The position numbers were made by a program, and so were the translations under genes. The notes below the pieces were generated by a model. The model searched no databases and had not been told where the DNA came from. It saw only the letters and a list, made by a program, of their open reading frames with translations. Below are positions 24,250-37,098 of a stretch of 64,000 nt of DNA, piece by piece. Positions within the stretch are counted from its first letter, which is position 1. The number at the start of each line of letters is the position of its first letter. Source of the stretch: Callorhinchus milii (taxonomy: Eukaryota). The stretch spans positions 81,594,001 to 81,658,000 of the forward strand of contig NW_024704742.1 of assembly GCF_018977255.1 (NCBI RefSeq), read 5' to 3'.

Positions 24250-25128
24250 GTAGGGGAATGATTGAGTTCAGGTAAACTCGGTCACTCGGGGAGAGCAATC
24301 AAGACAGAGCGGAGGCGGAGGCTGAGGTAAACTGTCTCTGAACTGTCGGAGCGAAGAAGAAAAAAGAAAAGAAAAAGTGAAGTAGGTGTGACGTCATTTT
24401 TCAACAGCCAAACCAGGGACAAACATAGACAAACTGTCAGAAACCACAACACTGATGGCAAATTAAAACAAAAAAAACAAAAAATAAAGAATATGTTGAA
24501 AAGACTGTGTGAGAAGATGATGTGGCAAGTTAAATGTGAGGTCTGTGACATGTGGGAGGTAATGGAGGGGGCCCTGAGCCTGGGCAACTTCATCTGCAGC
24601 AAGTGTCTGCAACTCAGGAAGCTCCAGCTGAGAGTAGCTGAGCTGGAAGCCGAGGTGCAGACACTCCGCTCCATCAGGGACAGTGAGAGGTTCCTGGACA
24701 GTATGATAGAGGAAACCATCACTCCCCTGAGGCTCGGGAGATGCTTGCATCCGGTTAAAGCTCAGGGACAGGATGGTTTCATCAGTCCTGCAGATAATGG
24801 GAACCCTGAGAGAGGGGTGATGGAGCCTTGGGCTTCAAACCTGCTCAACGGATGTGAGGATTTGATGGACCAGACACCTCAAGAGATAGTCACCCCATCC
24901 CACACACCGAGGGTTCAGACGGAAAATGACTGGGTGACTGTCCGGCATGGTAGGAAGAGGGGACGGGCTGGGCAGAATGGCCCCAATAGTGTAGCACTCT
25001 CAAACCAGTACTCTGTACTGAACATTGAGAGTGTTGATATCTTCAGGGAGGACAGTGAAAACCGATTAGTGGAAGAGGGGAACTTAGGTAACAGGAGCAA
25101 TGCTGTTGTGGATGCACCCCTGCATTAG
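24250..25128 (+). mobile_element. CR1 5' UTR plus ORF1 N-terminal half (zinc finger/leucine zipper), 3'-truncated
   Basis: CEVCDMW...CSKC..L...VAELEAEVQTLRSIRDSERFLD, WVTV and LSNQYSVL motifs of CR1 ORF1; ATG at 24493; TGACGTCA at 24389-24396. Confidence 0.85.
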
Positions 25129-25524
25129 AGCACCATGCTGCTTTTTAAATTAGTCCAGTGTCTGGGACTCTACCACCTTTCTGTGCAACCTGTTGAAGGC
25201 TCTAATTCTGTTACAAGTGCTCCAAGAGTCTACCCGCATGAAGGATGCTGTATAAATGGTTTTGTTGTTGTTTTTACCCAAGTTGCAAGCACAGAAGAAA
25301 AAGACATTGGTTAAAGTTAATAGCTCAAATGAGACCTAAGATTAGAATCATTTTCCGGTCAAACAATAATAGAAAGTTGCTGTGTCACTTCACAAAAGTG
25401 AGCTAAATGAATATTGGAAGCTCACAGTTTCACTTGTTTTACCTTTAAAATTAATAGCTTAAAACTTCAGGTGGTTCAGAATTTTGACAAAATCTTTACT
25501 TCATCCTTTGTGGATATCAGAAAC

Positions 25525-25670
25525 TGGACACAAAGAGGAAAAGGTGGAATCAGGATCTCATGGACACAGATACGAAGAGGTGAATTCAGGATTTGGATAC
25601 TGACAGAAAGAAGTGGAGTAAGGATCTGTACAGACACAGGAAAAAGTGGAATGAGGGTTTAGACCCAGAA
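25525..25670. repeat. Degenerate ~35-bp minisatellite, about 4 units
   Basis: Recurrent gacac..a.gaaaa.gtggaat.aggat.t unit. Confidence 0.55.
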
Positions 25671-25827
25671 GGAGCTGGACCCATTTCCCTGATGTAGTGG
25701 TGTTACAGAAAATAAGAAAAATAGTGAAATTAAAGAATATAAAGTGTTAGTATCAGAGAGAAAGTTAATGTGACATATAATCAAAGTCCTGATGTATCAC
25801 ATCTTCCTGACGTGAAAGGCACTATTT

Positions 25828-26150
25828 CAGGTGTACAAAATCATGAGGGATTTTGTTAGGATAAATAGAGAGAAATTATTTCCATTGATAGGAAGTCAGT
25901 AACTAGCTGACATTAGTCAGAAGACAGCCTCAAGAACAGCAAAATGAAAACTTAGGAATTTTATTGGGATGTGGGACACGCTCTCTAGTAGGGTGGTGGA
26001 GGTAGAGTCCATTGTAGCTTGCAAGATGGAAGTAGACAAGTATATGAAAGAGAGGGGCTTAAAGGTGGATTGGCGCTTTGAGATTTAAGTGATATCCTAG
26101 CTTTGTGAGCCTTAAAGGGTTAAATAACCTCCTTCTGTGCTGTAGATTTC
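25828..26150 (+). mobile_element. CR1 3' end fragment
   Basis: caggtgtacaaaatcatgaggggtttt-like VYKIMRG motif, gtggtggaggtagagtccatt, cctccttctgtgctgta terminus. Confidence 0.8.
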
Positions 26151-26261
26151 TGTTTCTAAATAAAGGATTATTATGTATTACTATTGAAGAAATCAAAGCA
26201 AATCAAGTGCTAAATATCAGCTGTAACTTGGGTCTTAATGTAGAGTCCTGTAGGGTATTCT

Positions 26262-26760
26262 CCACTATTCACAAAATTCAACAAATTCAAAACTCCGCCA
26301 TCCGTATTCTCACCCACACTAAACTCCGTACCTCCATTACCCCAGTCCTTGTCAAACTCCACTGGCTCCCTGTCACAGAGTGGATCAATTTAGAGATCCT
26401 TACTCTCGTATTTCAATTCCTTCACGCCCTGGCCTGCCCCTATCTCTACTACCTGCTTTCTCCCTACACAATTACCCACTGCCTCTGCTCAACTGGCTCT
26501 GGCTTCCTCCTTATCCCTGGACTCACCACTGTTGGTGGCTGTGCTTTCAGCCACTTCCCCCAGAAGCTGTGGAACTCTCTTCCTCAAACCCTTGGTCTTT
26601 CCACCTGACTCCCAATTTTCAGGTTGCGCTTGAAGACCTTCCTCTTCGACTGTGCCTACGGTCATCTTCCCCCTCCCCCTGACTTGGCATCTGGCTCCAA
26701 CACTGTTAAGCACTCCGAGATGCCAGCGTGAAAGGCATTATATAAATGCATGCTGTTATT
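26262..26760 (+). mobile_element. L2 3' fragment (older subfamily)
   Basis: IQNSAIRILTHTK...LHWLPV...KLWNSLP. Confidence 0.9.
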
Positions 26761-27092
26761 GTGGTGGGTCACATCACTTGTCTTGCCAGCAAGAGGCCCT
26801 GGGTTTGATTCCCAGGCGGAATAAAACCTTAGACAAGTTTCCCTACTCCACATGTCTCTGTTTATCTAGCAGTAATTAGGAACCTGGGTGTTAATCAGTT
26901 GGCAGATTGTTTTCTGTGGATAATAACCGCTTAGAAAAAAGTCGCTCAATCCACGACTGTTTGTAGGACACTGTTGTGCACAATTGGTTGCTGCATTTCA
27001 CTCACAAAATATAGTCAATTCGCTTTACAGTATATTCCATGAAGAACTTTGAGATATCTCAACTACATCAAATGCAAGGATTATTATTATTT
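26760..27092 (+). mobile_element. tRNA-SINE, older long variant
   Basis: gggtttgattcccagg B-box, body and aaggattattatt tail. Confidence 0.85.
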
Positions 27093-27696
27093 AAGGCAAC
27101 TAGATGCTGATTTTGCTTAAGATAAAACTGTTTGGGGGAGCGAGCACATTGTCATGAAATAAAGCAAAATGCAGGGGAAAAATGTAGTTTTAGGTTAGAA
27201 ATTGCCACCTCAGCCTTATCCCAAAGGATGCTTTTTGTGGGTTCAATTAATTTCAGACTATCTCTGAAATTTTACAAACACTTAATTTGTTTTTACCTGA
27301 CAAGGGAGTATTCTTCAGAGGTTATATTTGAATAGCAATATATGGAAAACATAGGGGCATTGAAGGCTGTCTCAGTCTGAACCTATCCTCTGCACAATCA
27401 CAAGGGACCTCATTCTGCTCTGTGAGCTCCTTGTGGTGAAATGGCTGATGTAGGCTGACCACTATTCTCCTGTGTAAGATTTGGAAATCTGTCCCCATTT
27501 ACTTAGGAATAAATGTCATTTTTTCAACAGCATCAGTAACTTTAATAATTAACATGTCTGTATCAAAGAACACAAACTCTCCCCTGGTCGTTGTGCACGT
27601 AGGCAACTTCCTGTGTAACACAAGGTAATGTTGGGTCAGAAAATTGAAGGTTTAATGCCTGGTGTAATGAGCTGCCTGATGCGAACTCAGCTTGAT

Positions 27697-27733
27697 AATC
27701 ATAATCATAATCATAATCATAATCATAATAATC

Positions 27734-27786
<53 letters not shown>

Positions 27787-28089
27787 CCTTGCATTTGATA
27801 TAGCACTTTTCACGTCAGGAGGACTTCCCAAAGCGCTTCACGGAACACACTGTAAAGTGAATTGACTGTATATTTGTGGGCGAACGCGGCAGCCAATTGC
27901 GCACAGCAATGTCCCACAAACAGTCGTGGATTGAAAATGACCAATTTATTATTGTTTTGTTTTGGAGGGATTATTATTAGGCGTGTGGAGAAAGGAAACT
28001 TGCCCAAGGTTTCCCCCTGACCTGCCTGGAATTGAACTCAGGTCTCTCATTTGCAAAGCGAGTGCTCTAACCACTGAGCTACAGGACTC
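27697..28089 (-). mobile_element. Full-length young tRNA-Ala SINE with expanded (TTA)n/(TTATGA)n tail
   Basis: Reverse complement of the 19036-19358 consensus; about 90-bp microsatellite tail at 27697-27787. Confidence 0.95.
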
Positions 28090-29694
28090 CCTGCTTGATG
28101 ATCTCAGCAGGGGAAGCAGTTGCGATGGTACAATTGAATGCTACAATTGCTACAATATTCAGTGCCCCCAGGTTATGGAGAGTGTAATTGGCCAATGTTC
28201 TCATTCCTCATTGTCAGAAACTTTTGCTAGAAGGTATTTGTTGGTGAGTGACTGGAACAGACTTGGTTGTGACAACTTGTCTCGAAATGAATATCCTGTC
28301 AGCACTCATGGCTCAGACCTGAAGAATGGCCTCTTGGGTGAGGAGTGAGGCTGAGGAAAATTATCCCAACAGAAGAAAAAAATAAGAAAACCTTAAAAAG
28401 AATGCATACAACAACAACAACTTGGATTTATATAGCGCCCTCCATCTCAGAGTGCTTATATAAAGCTTGTGGTTCCAACTTTAGACTAGTGACAAAATCA
28501 AAAAGGAAATTCAGATGATGAAAGCCTCCAGAAACCCACCTTATTGTCCCCCATCACAGTATCAAGCAGTTTTTTAAACAAATCTACTGTTCTGGCCTTA
28601 ACAACATGTTCTAGTTGTTAATTACTTTCTGGGTAAATAAATACTTCCAGGTTCTAAGAACCTGCACTGTTCATACCAAGGCAGATTTGGTGGCAACCCT
28701 GGAAAGTGAACATTCGTTTCATGTAAGAATTCAAAAGGGGTGCAAAAAATCACAGGGGAAAGAATGGGAAACAATGACTAATAAAATATTCTATAACAGC
28801 AACCAGAGGACTGGGTTAACCTCAGATGAAGGGAGGACTGAGTCAATTTTGGCGGAAACAAATTACACAATGGGAAGAAATGAATAATTGAGAATTATCA
28901 TAGACTACCGGGTCAAAATAATTAACTGATATGGAATTTTTCAACAAAATAAAAGTATTGAAGGAACTAATTACGGATGGCTTTAATTACTCTGAGATTA
29001 GCGGGAATAATTGTGGAGATCTTTTTAAGTAGGAACTAATTTCATAACGGTTTCATGACATAGCATGTCAAACAGGCGTCTGAGGGAAAGGTCGTGGCTG
29101 ATCTTGTGTTTAGCAGTGAGAGAACTGAGGCTGGGGAATGCCCGAGCGTGCTAGTGATCAGAACGTAATTAGATTTGACCTTGTGGTATTGGTGGAAGCG
29201 AGGGATTAATAAAAAAGATAAACAGAGGATTTCAGCAGAACTGTGCTTTGAAGGAAAACTCCAGGGTAAACTATCTGTAAAGACATTGACTGAGAGTTTC
29301 CTTTGCAATAATATTGCTTCAGTAATTACATTTGGCTTTTGATGTAGATGTGCTGTCGCAGGTTTGGCTGCGCATGTGTGTTGACTACCCAGCGCACAAA
29401 GCATGCGTCAACTGGTTTCTGCATCAAAGAAAAATTTATCAATTTCCGGGGCATTGGGTCACACAACATTTCCTGTGTTTCGCACATGTGCAAAATAGGA
29501 TGTGACATTGGTGGTGACCTGATGATCTGGACGTCAGCCTTTGTTAGGTGCAAGAAGCTAAAATGGCTGACAGCCAAGTCATTAGGTCAACAATGACATC
29601 ATCTCCTTTGAAAAGCCGGCTGGCATGTGTGAGTACAGTGAACGGAATCACAGTAACTATGTTAGGAGCAGCTTCAAGCCGTACTGGGGCATGT

Positions 29695-29975
29695 TTTTTT
29701 TTGGTCGGCCACATTTTGAAACATGGGGAAATCCATCACCATGATTAAATGTATCCAAACCAAATTGAGATTCCATGTATTCCACCTACACATGAAAACT
29801 CAAGAGATAGATTGTTGGAATGGAATGCGTACTCTCTCCCTGGAGGGATGCTTCCTGTTTATCTGAATCTGGAAATTATTAGATGCAGGTTGGCAAGGCT
29901 TAGGGACCCCAGAGTGCGAATTTACTACTACTGCTGGAGTCTAACCAGCTAAAACCCCATAGCTTGTCATCGATT
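29695..29975 (-). repeat. Unclassified A-tailed retroposon family, copy
   Basis: T-run at 29694-29702 followed by sequence colinear with 7330-7585. Confidence 0.75.
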
Positions 29976-31099
29976 GTACTGTCCGGTATGCTTTCCTACT
30001 TTTTGTCCAGCTAGCACCACCCTACCCATTAGAGTTTTGGTTAACAGGAATTGTTAACCTAACGAGACCGACACAGAGGGATGGTTCGACTCCAACATCC
30101 TGTTGCCAAAATGTCACCAGTTCAGCTCCAAAGAGACCCTGCTTATGTCTCCCCCCCCAAGGAGTATATCGCTCGTTGTTCATTTGACAACCGACAAGTG
30201 TTGGTTTTAGCCCTCACTAAGTTGATAGTAGGTACCAGATTGTTATAACAGGGCTGTGCTGTATATAGATTTGAAAGAGGCAGTTCCCATGAAGAGACAT
30301 TGTCACCCGATACAAAGATGCACAGAGAGTCTGCAAATAAGGGAAACCCAGAAACTGTTGGTTTGGGCATATATATTTATCATTTTTGTGAAATGATAAA
30401 TATGACCAAATACAAAGCAGCTTGTTCCTGAGGGAAGAGAGCCTTTCATTATCATTCTCCTGAAATAATGAATAAATGAAATCCCTTTAACCAGAAAGAT
30501 GTTGTCTGAAGCCCCATAATTCTCACATGACCCTGTAGACCTTCTTCCATTTCCCCTGACAGCCTTATGATAAGAACTTCTTTATGGAATGATTAAAAAT
30601 ATCACTCTCTAACACCTTAGTTTTGATATAATTCAGCTAACTTAATACATTTCCAAGATCTTTCCTGCACAATAGCAATAGCTGTCTGATCATACAATAA
30701 CTGGAGAAAACTGAAATTTAAATGGATTTTTTTGAGGGGAGAGGTTAATGCGAAGTGCCTAGTTTATGAGTTCCCTCTGTCTTATACAAGACAATAATAT
30801 TTCCATCAGATTACAATAATGTCCTTGGTAACCTTGCATCAATTAAAAATCTAAGATTTAAAGGAAAGCACCTGTAATAAAAATATCCTTGTATTTAATA
30901 TATTACCTTTCATTGGGTGGGTGGGGGGGGGGGGGCTGCAGGGGATGCCTCAAAGTGCCTCACATAATTTACTGTAAAGTACTGTGTATTTATAAATTGG
31001 GAGCCTGATTTGTCCCACAATGTCCCACAAGTAGCCATGATATGAATGACCAATACACCTATGTCTGAATGAGATTGGAAATCATATTGATAATTATTA

Positions 31100-31255
31100 A
31101 TAATAATAATCATCCTTGCATTTGACATAGCTCCTTATCACGTTGTTGAGATGTCTCAAAGCACTTCATCGAATATACTGTAAAGTGGATTGACTGTGTA
31201 TTTTGTGGGTGAAATGTGGCAGCCAATTGCGCACAGCAGTGTCCCACAAACAGTC
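31100..31255 (-). mobile_element. tRNA-SINE 3' half
   Basis: Tail and body match consensus. Similar partial copies lie at 30880-31030, 32120-32225, 33005-33150, 33200-33300, 35015-35118, 38430-38530, 46570-46660, 52190-52300, 53810-53948, 61672-61750 and 63430-63510. Confidence 0.85.
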
Positions 31256-31582
31256 TTTAAAATTTGAATACCTGCGAGCCAAAAATCCACCCCACATGTG
31301 GACAATTCCAGTTTTTTATTTGTTCTATTTATTTAAACTTTACTGTTATTCAATTTAATTGTTAGGGAGGATCTATTTGACTTATTTTAAACGTTAGGGA
31401 AAACCAATTGTCGTCCCTTCAAAGAGGAGGATGTTGTGTGTGTATGTGTGTGGGTGGGGGGGGGGGTGATTTTTATGGCGATGGCTGAGTGCAATGTTAT
31501 GCTGTTACTATAATGAGTGTGTTAATGTTTTATTCCAGATTTCCATCACTCACATTTATTTTTCTTTTGATTCCTGCTACAG

Positions 31583-31750
31583 TGACATTGTCGAACGAGG
31601 TCATTGTTTCTTCCGGAATGCAGCAGAATAGCAGCACAGCACAGGCTCTCATTTGTTCTGTTTCTGAAGAGATTAAAGCGCCCGAGAGGTCAACAATTTC
31701 AGGCTTAATTCATAGGAGATCTGCCAAGTGCAGCTCTCAGAATCAGTCAG
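31583..31750 (+). CDS. Candidate internal coding exon (168 bp, phase 1-1) of an unidentified gene
   Basis: Acceptor ttttcttttgattcctgctacag|, donor tcag|gtctgc, open frame TLSNEVIVSSGMQQNSSTAQALICSVSEEIKAPERSTISGLIHRRSAKCSSQNQS, repeat-free. Confidence 0.45.
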
Positions 31751-34114
31751 GTCTGCGTGTCTAAGCCTGACCTAAACTCAGAAGTAACAAAAAATTAGGT
31801 TACAGCTTTAAACATGGTAGCTCATACCCAGGAGTTGGGGGAATGATAATGTGCCAATGAAATTATTTTCTGTGCTGTTAATGGTTAGTCAGTTGTTAAT
31901 GGTCAGTCAGCTGAATATCGACTAGTCCACACTTCCCCTAAGTGGTCCATGTCACCTCTGAACTGGAAGCTGTGCTTTTTTTTCCCTCATCAGTTGTTAT
32001 GCTAGGCATACATTGGAGTATGACAAGTAATCGTTTCAGTAGAAATGGGGGAGAGCATGGATCAAAAGAATCATTCAAAAGGGAGTCGTACAAGCGTCTA
32101 CAAAAACAAGAAGCGATATAATAATAATTGCATTTGATATAACGCCTTACCATGTGTTCGAGGGGGCTCAAAGTACTTCACAGAATACACTGAAAAGTGA
32201 ATTGACTATATTTTGTGGGCGAAACGAACAGTGAACTGATGAGGGGGATTGAGTTAAGAAAAAGGCCACTCAGAAAGATGAGTAACAGTGATGTAGACAC
32301 AGGGCTGGAATACCTCACTTCTATGTAAGGATAACAATTAACTCTTTGAGGTGATACAAACTATTGGATTAAACATAACTTTCTGCTCATTTGGAAATTA
32401 TGAAACATTACCAGCAGAAGACAGGTTTCTAATTTATGTTTGTCACATTGCCAATCAAAACAATCACCAAGTTAACACGACATAGTGAAAATTGCTACAT
32501 TTTATAACAGATTCAATGAAGTAATTATCTGCACTGGATGAAATGCCGCAGTGAGGTCTGGTTACTGCTGGCAAACATTGACGATCTTTTGAATTGAATT
32601 GCTTCTTAAATTATGTCTTCTAAAATTTTAGTGACAAGATTGGTGCGTTTCCCACACATCCCCATAAATCCTTTCTCCACCATTTGGCCTCAGCACATTG
32701 GTTGCAGCCAAGAGTATGGATGATTTTAACAGTAAACTAATTAAATGAAGGCAGCTTCCTGCAATTGTATTTACACAAAGCCTTTGCCTCAATAACAGCT
32801 GGTCAGTGAGAGATGAGGGGTGAACTTTCAAGATGCCAGACAGCAGGAATCAGTGGGAGTATGGCAGCAATTGCGATCTGATTGACGGGTCCGTTATTGC
32901 AGCGCTAAGTAAAAAATGAAGCTTGTGGCATTTGATAACACTTTCCTTAATTAACACAAGGAGCAAGTTATGAAACACCACAGACTACTGTCAGACTTCA
33001 ATGAAATAATAATAATAATAATGATAATAATAATCATTGCATTTGATATATCGCTTTTCACATCTTCTAGATGTCTCAAAGCGCTTCACAGAATATACTG
33101 TAAAGTGAATTGACTGTATATTTGTGGGTGAACGCGGCAGCCAATTGGCACCATGTCCCCTCTCTGACCTTTTGGGCTTCTTGCTGTTACTATGAATAAA
33201 TTAATAATACTTGCATTTGATATAATGCCTTATCACATCATCAAGGCATTTTAAAACTCTTCACAGGATATACCGTAAAGTGTTGTGACTGTGCGCGTTT
33301 TTTAAGCGAACATGGCAGGGAAGCTCAGCCGAACTCCCCAATACTTCTATGGTGGTGTGTGTGGGATGGGAGTGGTGTGAGTGGGGGGAAAAGGGACCTT
33401 TCATATCCTGAAGCAATCTGCCACACACACTGACAGTCCAAGTGTATAGACATTTCAAGGGAGTATTATATCTTCATCAGTTACATTTCAATGCATCTCT
33501 GAACTGTGAATCTCTTTCCAAATCCTGCCACACAGATCAGCATCCTGGTTGTAGGAGCAGAGGTTCTCATCCTCAGGCACATAAAACACACTTTACAGAG
33601 TTGTTACTGCATCGTTACCCTGCATGATCTGACACACTACAGCTGGATGGAAATGCTTCCAGTTAGCGTAAGACTTATGCTGAGCATGGCACGCTAAAAA
33701 ACAAAGGAAACTCATCATTTGGGGTTGGATCTCTTTTTTTTCCTGCAGAATTAAATTTGAACCAAAACCAATATATATTGGTAGCACTCTCGCCTCTGAG
33801 TCACAAGGTGTGCATCGCACCCCAACTTGAAACTTGAATTTGTATAGTCTAACACTGCTGTTATCTTCAGCGTTTATTTTCCCACACTCTGTGATGGTAA
33901 ATTTCAATTGTCTCAACACTGGCTTTACATCCAAATTCAACTGGCTGAGGAATTTCACTTGTCGGATCTCAATAAAGCAGGAAACAAAATTGCTAACTTT
34001 TAACATTAGTACATAGCTTGCAAATATAATCGTCGGAAGTATTACTTTGAATATACTGGAAGATGCTAGATCTCTTTTTTGCTGCAGAATTAAATTTGAA
34101 ACCCAAATCGCTTT

Positions 34115-34310
34115 ATTGGTTGACTCAGCCTTGCCTCAGAGAAAAATGTTGTGGGTTCAAGTCCCACCTCGAAGTCGGTAGTGCTATCCTGTGGCTGAGA
34201 CATTAAACCGAGTTCCCATTTACCTGATCAGGGGGATGTTAAAAGATTCCATGGCACTATTTGAAAAGAGAGTTTCTCCTAGTGTCCTGGCTATCTTTCC
34301 CCCTAAATAC
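34115..34310 (+). mobile_element. Deu-domain SINE fragment
   Basis: gtgggttcaagtcccac...tgagacattaaaccgag...aaagattccatggcactatttgaaaagag...gtgtcctggc. Confidence 0.8.
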
Positions 34311-34324
34311 AATAACATGTTTTC

Positions 34325-35012
34325 ATGCAGGACTTGAAAAAGGGGGAGAGTGGGCAAGGTGGAGAAATTGAGGGAGAGTGTTCCAGAGTTTCAGGGCGTA
34401 GTGGCTGAAAGCACGACCTCCAATGATGGGGCGGAGGGTGCGAGAAACAAGCAGGAGGCTGGTGCCAGTCAAGCGGAGGCACCAGGTGGTGGATTGGGGA
34501 ATGAGGAGGTTGGAGATGTAGGGAGATGCCAAAGAGTGAATGGATTTGAACATGAGAGTGAGGATCTTGAAATCAATTCATTCGGTGATAGGGAGCCAGA
34601 GGAGCCTTTCCAGAACTGGTGAGATGTGAGTACGGACTTTGGTCCGGGTCAGTAAGCAGGTGGTAGAGTTCTCAATGAGCTGGATCTTGTGAATGGTGTA
34701 GCTGGGGAGACCGGTGAGGAGTGCTTTTGAGTAATCCAAGCGGGAGGTGACAAACGCATGCACGAGGGTTTCAGCTGCTCTTGGGGTAAGGTACGGTCGG
34801 AGGCGGGCAATGTGGAGGAGGTGTAAGAAAGTGATCCTGTCAGGGACCGGATGTGGGGGAGGAAGGACAATTGGTTATTGAACTGGATGCCTAGATTGCG
34901 CACTGGACCAGTGAGCGTAAGGGAGAGCCCAGGGAGGTTGAGTTCAGATCCGCAGGAGTGAAGAAGTTCATGGGAGCTAAGGAGCATGGCCTCTGTCTCG
35001 TCCACTTTTACC
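34325..35012 (-). mobile_element. L2 fragment (older subfamily)
   Basis: [31 protein letters not shown]. Confidence 0.9.
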
Positions 35013-35314
35013 AACAAAATACACAGTCAATTCACTTTACAATATATTCTGCGAAGTGCTTTGAGAGATCTCAAAGACATGATAAAGCACTATATCAAAT
35101 GCAAGGATTATTATTATTTGCTCCTCTTACATGACTGAGGGAGGCATTTATTACTAGGCTACATCTAACTTTCACTTTGCTAATTTTTTTTCTTGATTGA
35201 ATAATGTGGAGGAAATTTGACTTTTGCTAATTTTGCAATATATTACTACATGTCAAATATTGGGGGTGAGCAGAAATCTTGGTAGAATGGTGGAAATTTG
35301 CAAATCATGTAACA

Positions 35315-35657
35315 GTAATAATCCTTGCATTTGATTTACTGTAGTACGTATTATATCGTTGAGCCATCTCAATATGCTACACAGAATACATTGTGAAATT
35401 AATTGTGTATTTTGTGGGTGGAATGCACCAGCCAATTACACACAGCAGTGTCCCACAAACAGTTGTGGATTGAGTGACCTAAATTTTTTTTAAGGGATTA
35501 TTACCCCAGACAGCGATCCGCCAATCCACTAATAACTGGGTTCCAATTTACTGCTCGGTAAACAGAGGTGTGTGGAGTATGGAAACTTGCCTATCGTTTC
35601 ACCCACCCAGGTTCTCTCGCTCTAGCAAGCTCACTAACCACTAAGCTGCAGGACTCC
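35315..35657 (-). mobile_element. tRNA-SINE, long variant
   Basis: Head gagtcctgcagcttagtggttag on minus, body and tail. Confidence 0.85.
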
Positions 35658-36341
35658 ACGCAATGCCGATTCAGCATCGAGCTTTGAGAGTGACAATTTT
35701 CTGATGCGACACAGTTCTGTGCCGGTAATAAAGTGAAGTAAAATATCAAGTGGTAAATGTAGCAATACTATGCTAATTTATAACCTCAGTATCAAGAGAT
35801 AAGCTATTTGATCTTTGCTAACTGATTTTAAGATATTACATGAGGTTGGTGAATTTTGGCTAAGACTGATCCGAATCAAAGTAAATTGTTTTTGCTAGTA
35901 TGGATTGTTTTGTTCTGTGAACTACATCTAAACCAATAAAGTATATCAATTCAAACCTATGCATTCTTTGATATTCTCAAGCACTACACACTCGATATAA
36001 AATCCTATATCAGTAAAAAAACATTAGTTTCTCATAAAGTCGATTTTGAATTGGAGTAAATAACTGCACAATATTGTCACTTTGTTCTCAACACATTGTG
36101 TCCATGCAGTTCTTTACAACAGGTCTTTGACTTAACACACTCAAACAAGCTTCAGAGGCAGGGGACATATTTGTCGATCTTCTGGTCTAAACAGCTTCCA
36201 GCATCAATGAAGTACTTTAATTACTATTTTAATCAACACTTTTTTAATTGTTATTTTCACTTTGAAATGTTGAGAGTAAACTTGTATTATCTATTTCTGT
36301 TTTCCTCTTGTGGCTTTATATGCTTAATTGTTTTTGCGTCA

Positions 36342-37098
36342 GGCTGGAGCAGTTGGTAGCACTCTTGCCTCTGAGTCAGATATAATAATAATAATAATAA
36401 TAATAATCCTTGTATTTTGATATAGTGCTTTTCACATTTTCTAGATGTCTCAAAATGCTTCACAGAATAGACTGTAAAGTAAATTGACTGTATATTTGTG
36501 GGCGAAATGCGGCAGCCAATTGCGCACAGCAGTGTCCCACAAACAGTCGTAGACTGAAGTTACCAAATTATTATTGTTTTTTTTTCTTGAGGAATTATTA
36601 TCAGACGTGTGGAGGAAGGAGATTTGCCCAATGTTTCACCCTGCTGGGAATCAAACCCAGGTCTTTCACTTGCGAGGTGAGTGCTCTAACCACTGAGCTA
36701 CAGGACTTGAACAAACCACCTTTGTTGGTTCAAGCCCCAAATGGAGACTTGGAACTTATATAGTCTAAACTGACACTCGAATGTAATGCTTGGGTGTGCT
36801 ATATTGTTTCAGGTGCCATCCTTCGGATAAGATGTTGAACCAAGATCCCTTCTTCCTGTCCAGGTGGACGTTAAAGATCCCATGGTACTATTTGAAAAGA
36901 GAAAGAATTGTTTCCCGATGTCCTGACAAACAATAAAATTGATCATTCACTTCATTACTGTCTGTGGGGCATTGCTGTGTGCATATTGGTTGCTGCCCAT
37001 GCGCACAAAATACACACGTTCACATCATTTTATCATACATCCTGTGAAGAGCTTTGAGATGTCTCGATGATGGAATATTAAATGCAAGGATTATTGTA
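36342..37098 (+). mobile_element. Deu-domain SINE interrupted by a full-length antisense tRNA-SINE (36382-36707)
   Basis: Head cagttggtagcactcttgcctctgagtcaga, resuming at ggttcaagcccc (36727); Deu core at 36810-36930. Confidence 0.88.

Noticed and set aside
29519..29571. C/D-box snoRNA (TGATGA...CTGA)
   Set aside because: Only about 51 nt between box ends, no terminal stem, no recognisable guide.
30039..30093. Pol III gene (B-box GGTTCGACTCC at 30083 plus 8-bp hairpin at 30039-30059)
   Set aside because: No convincing A-box, cloverleaf or terminator.
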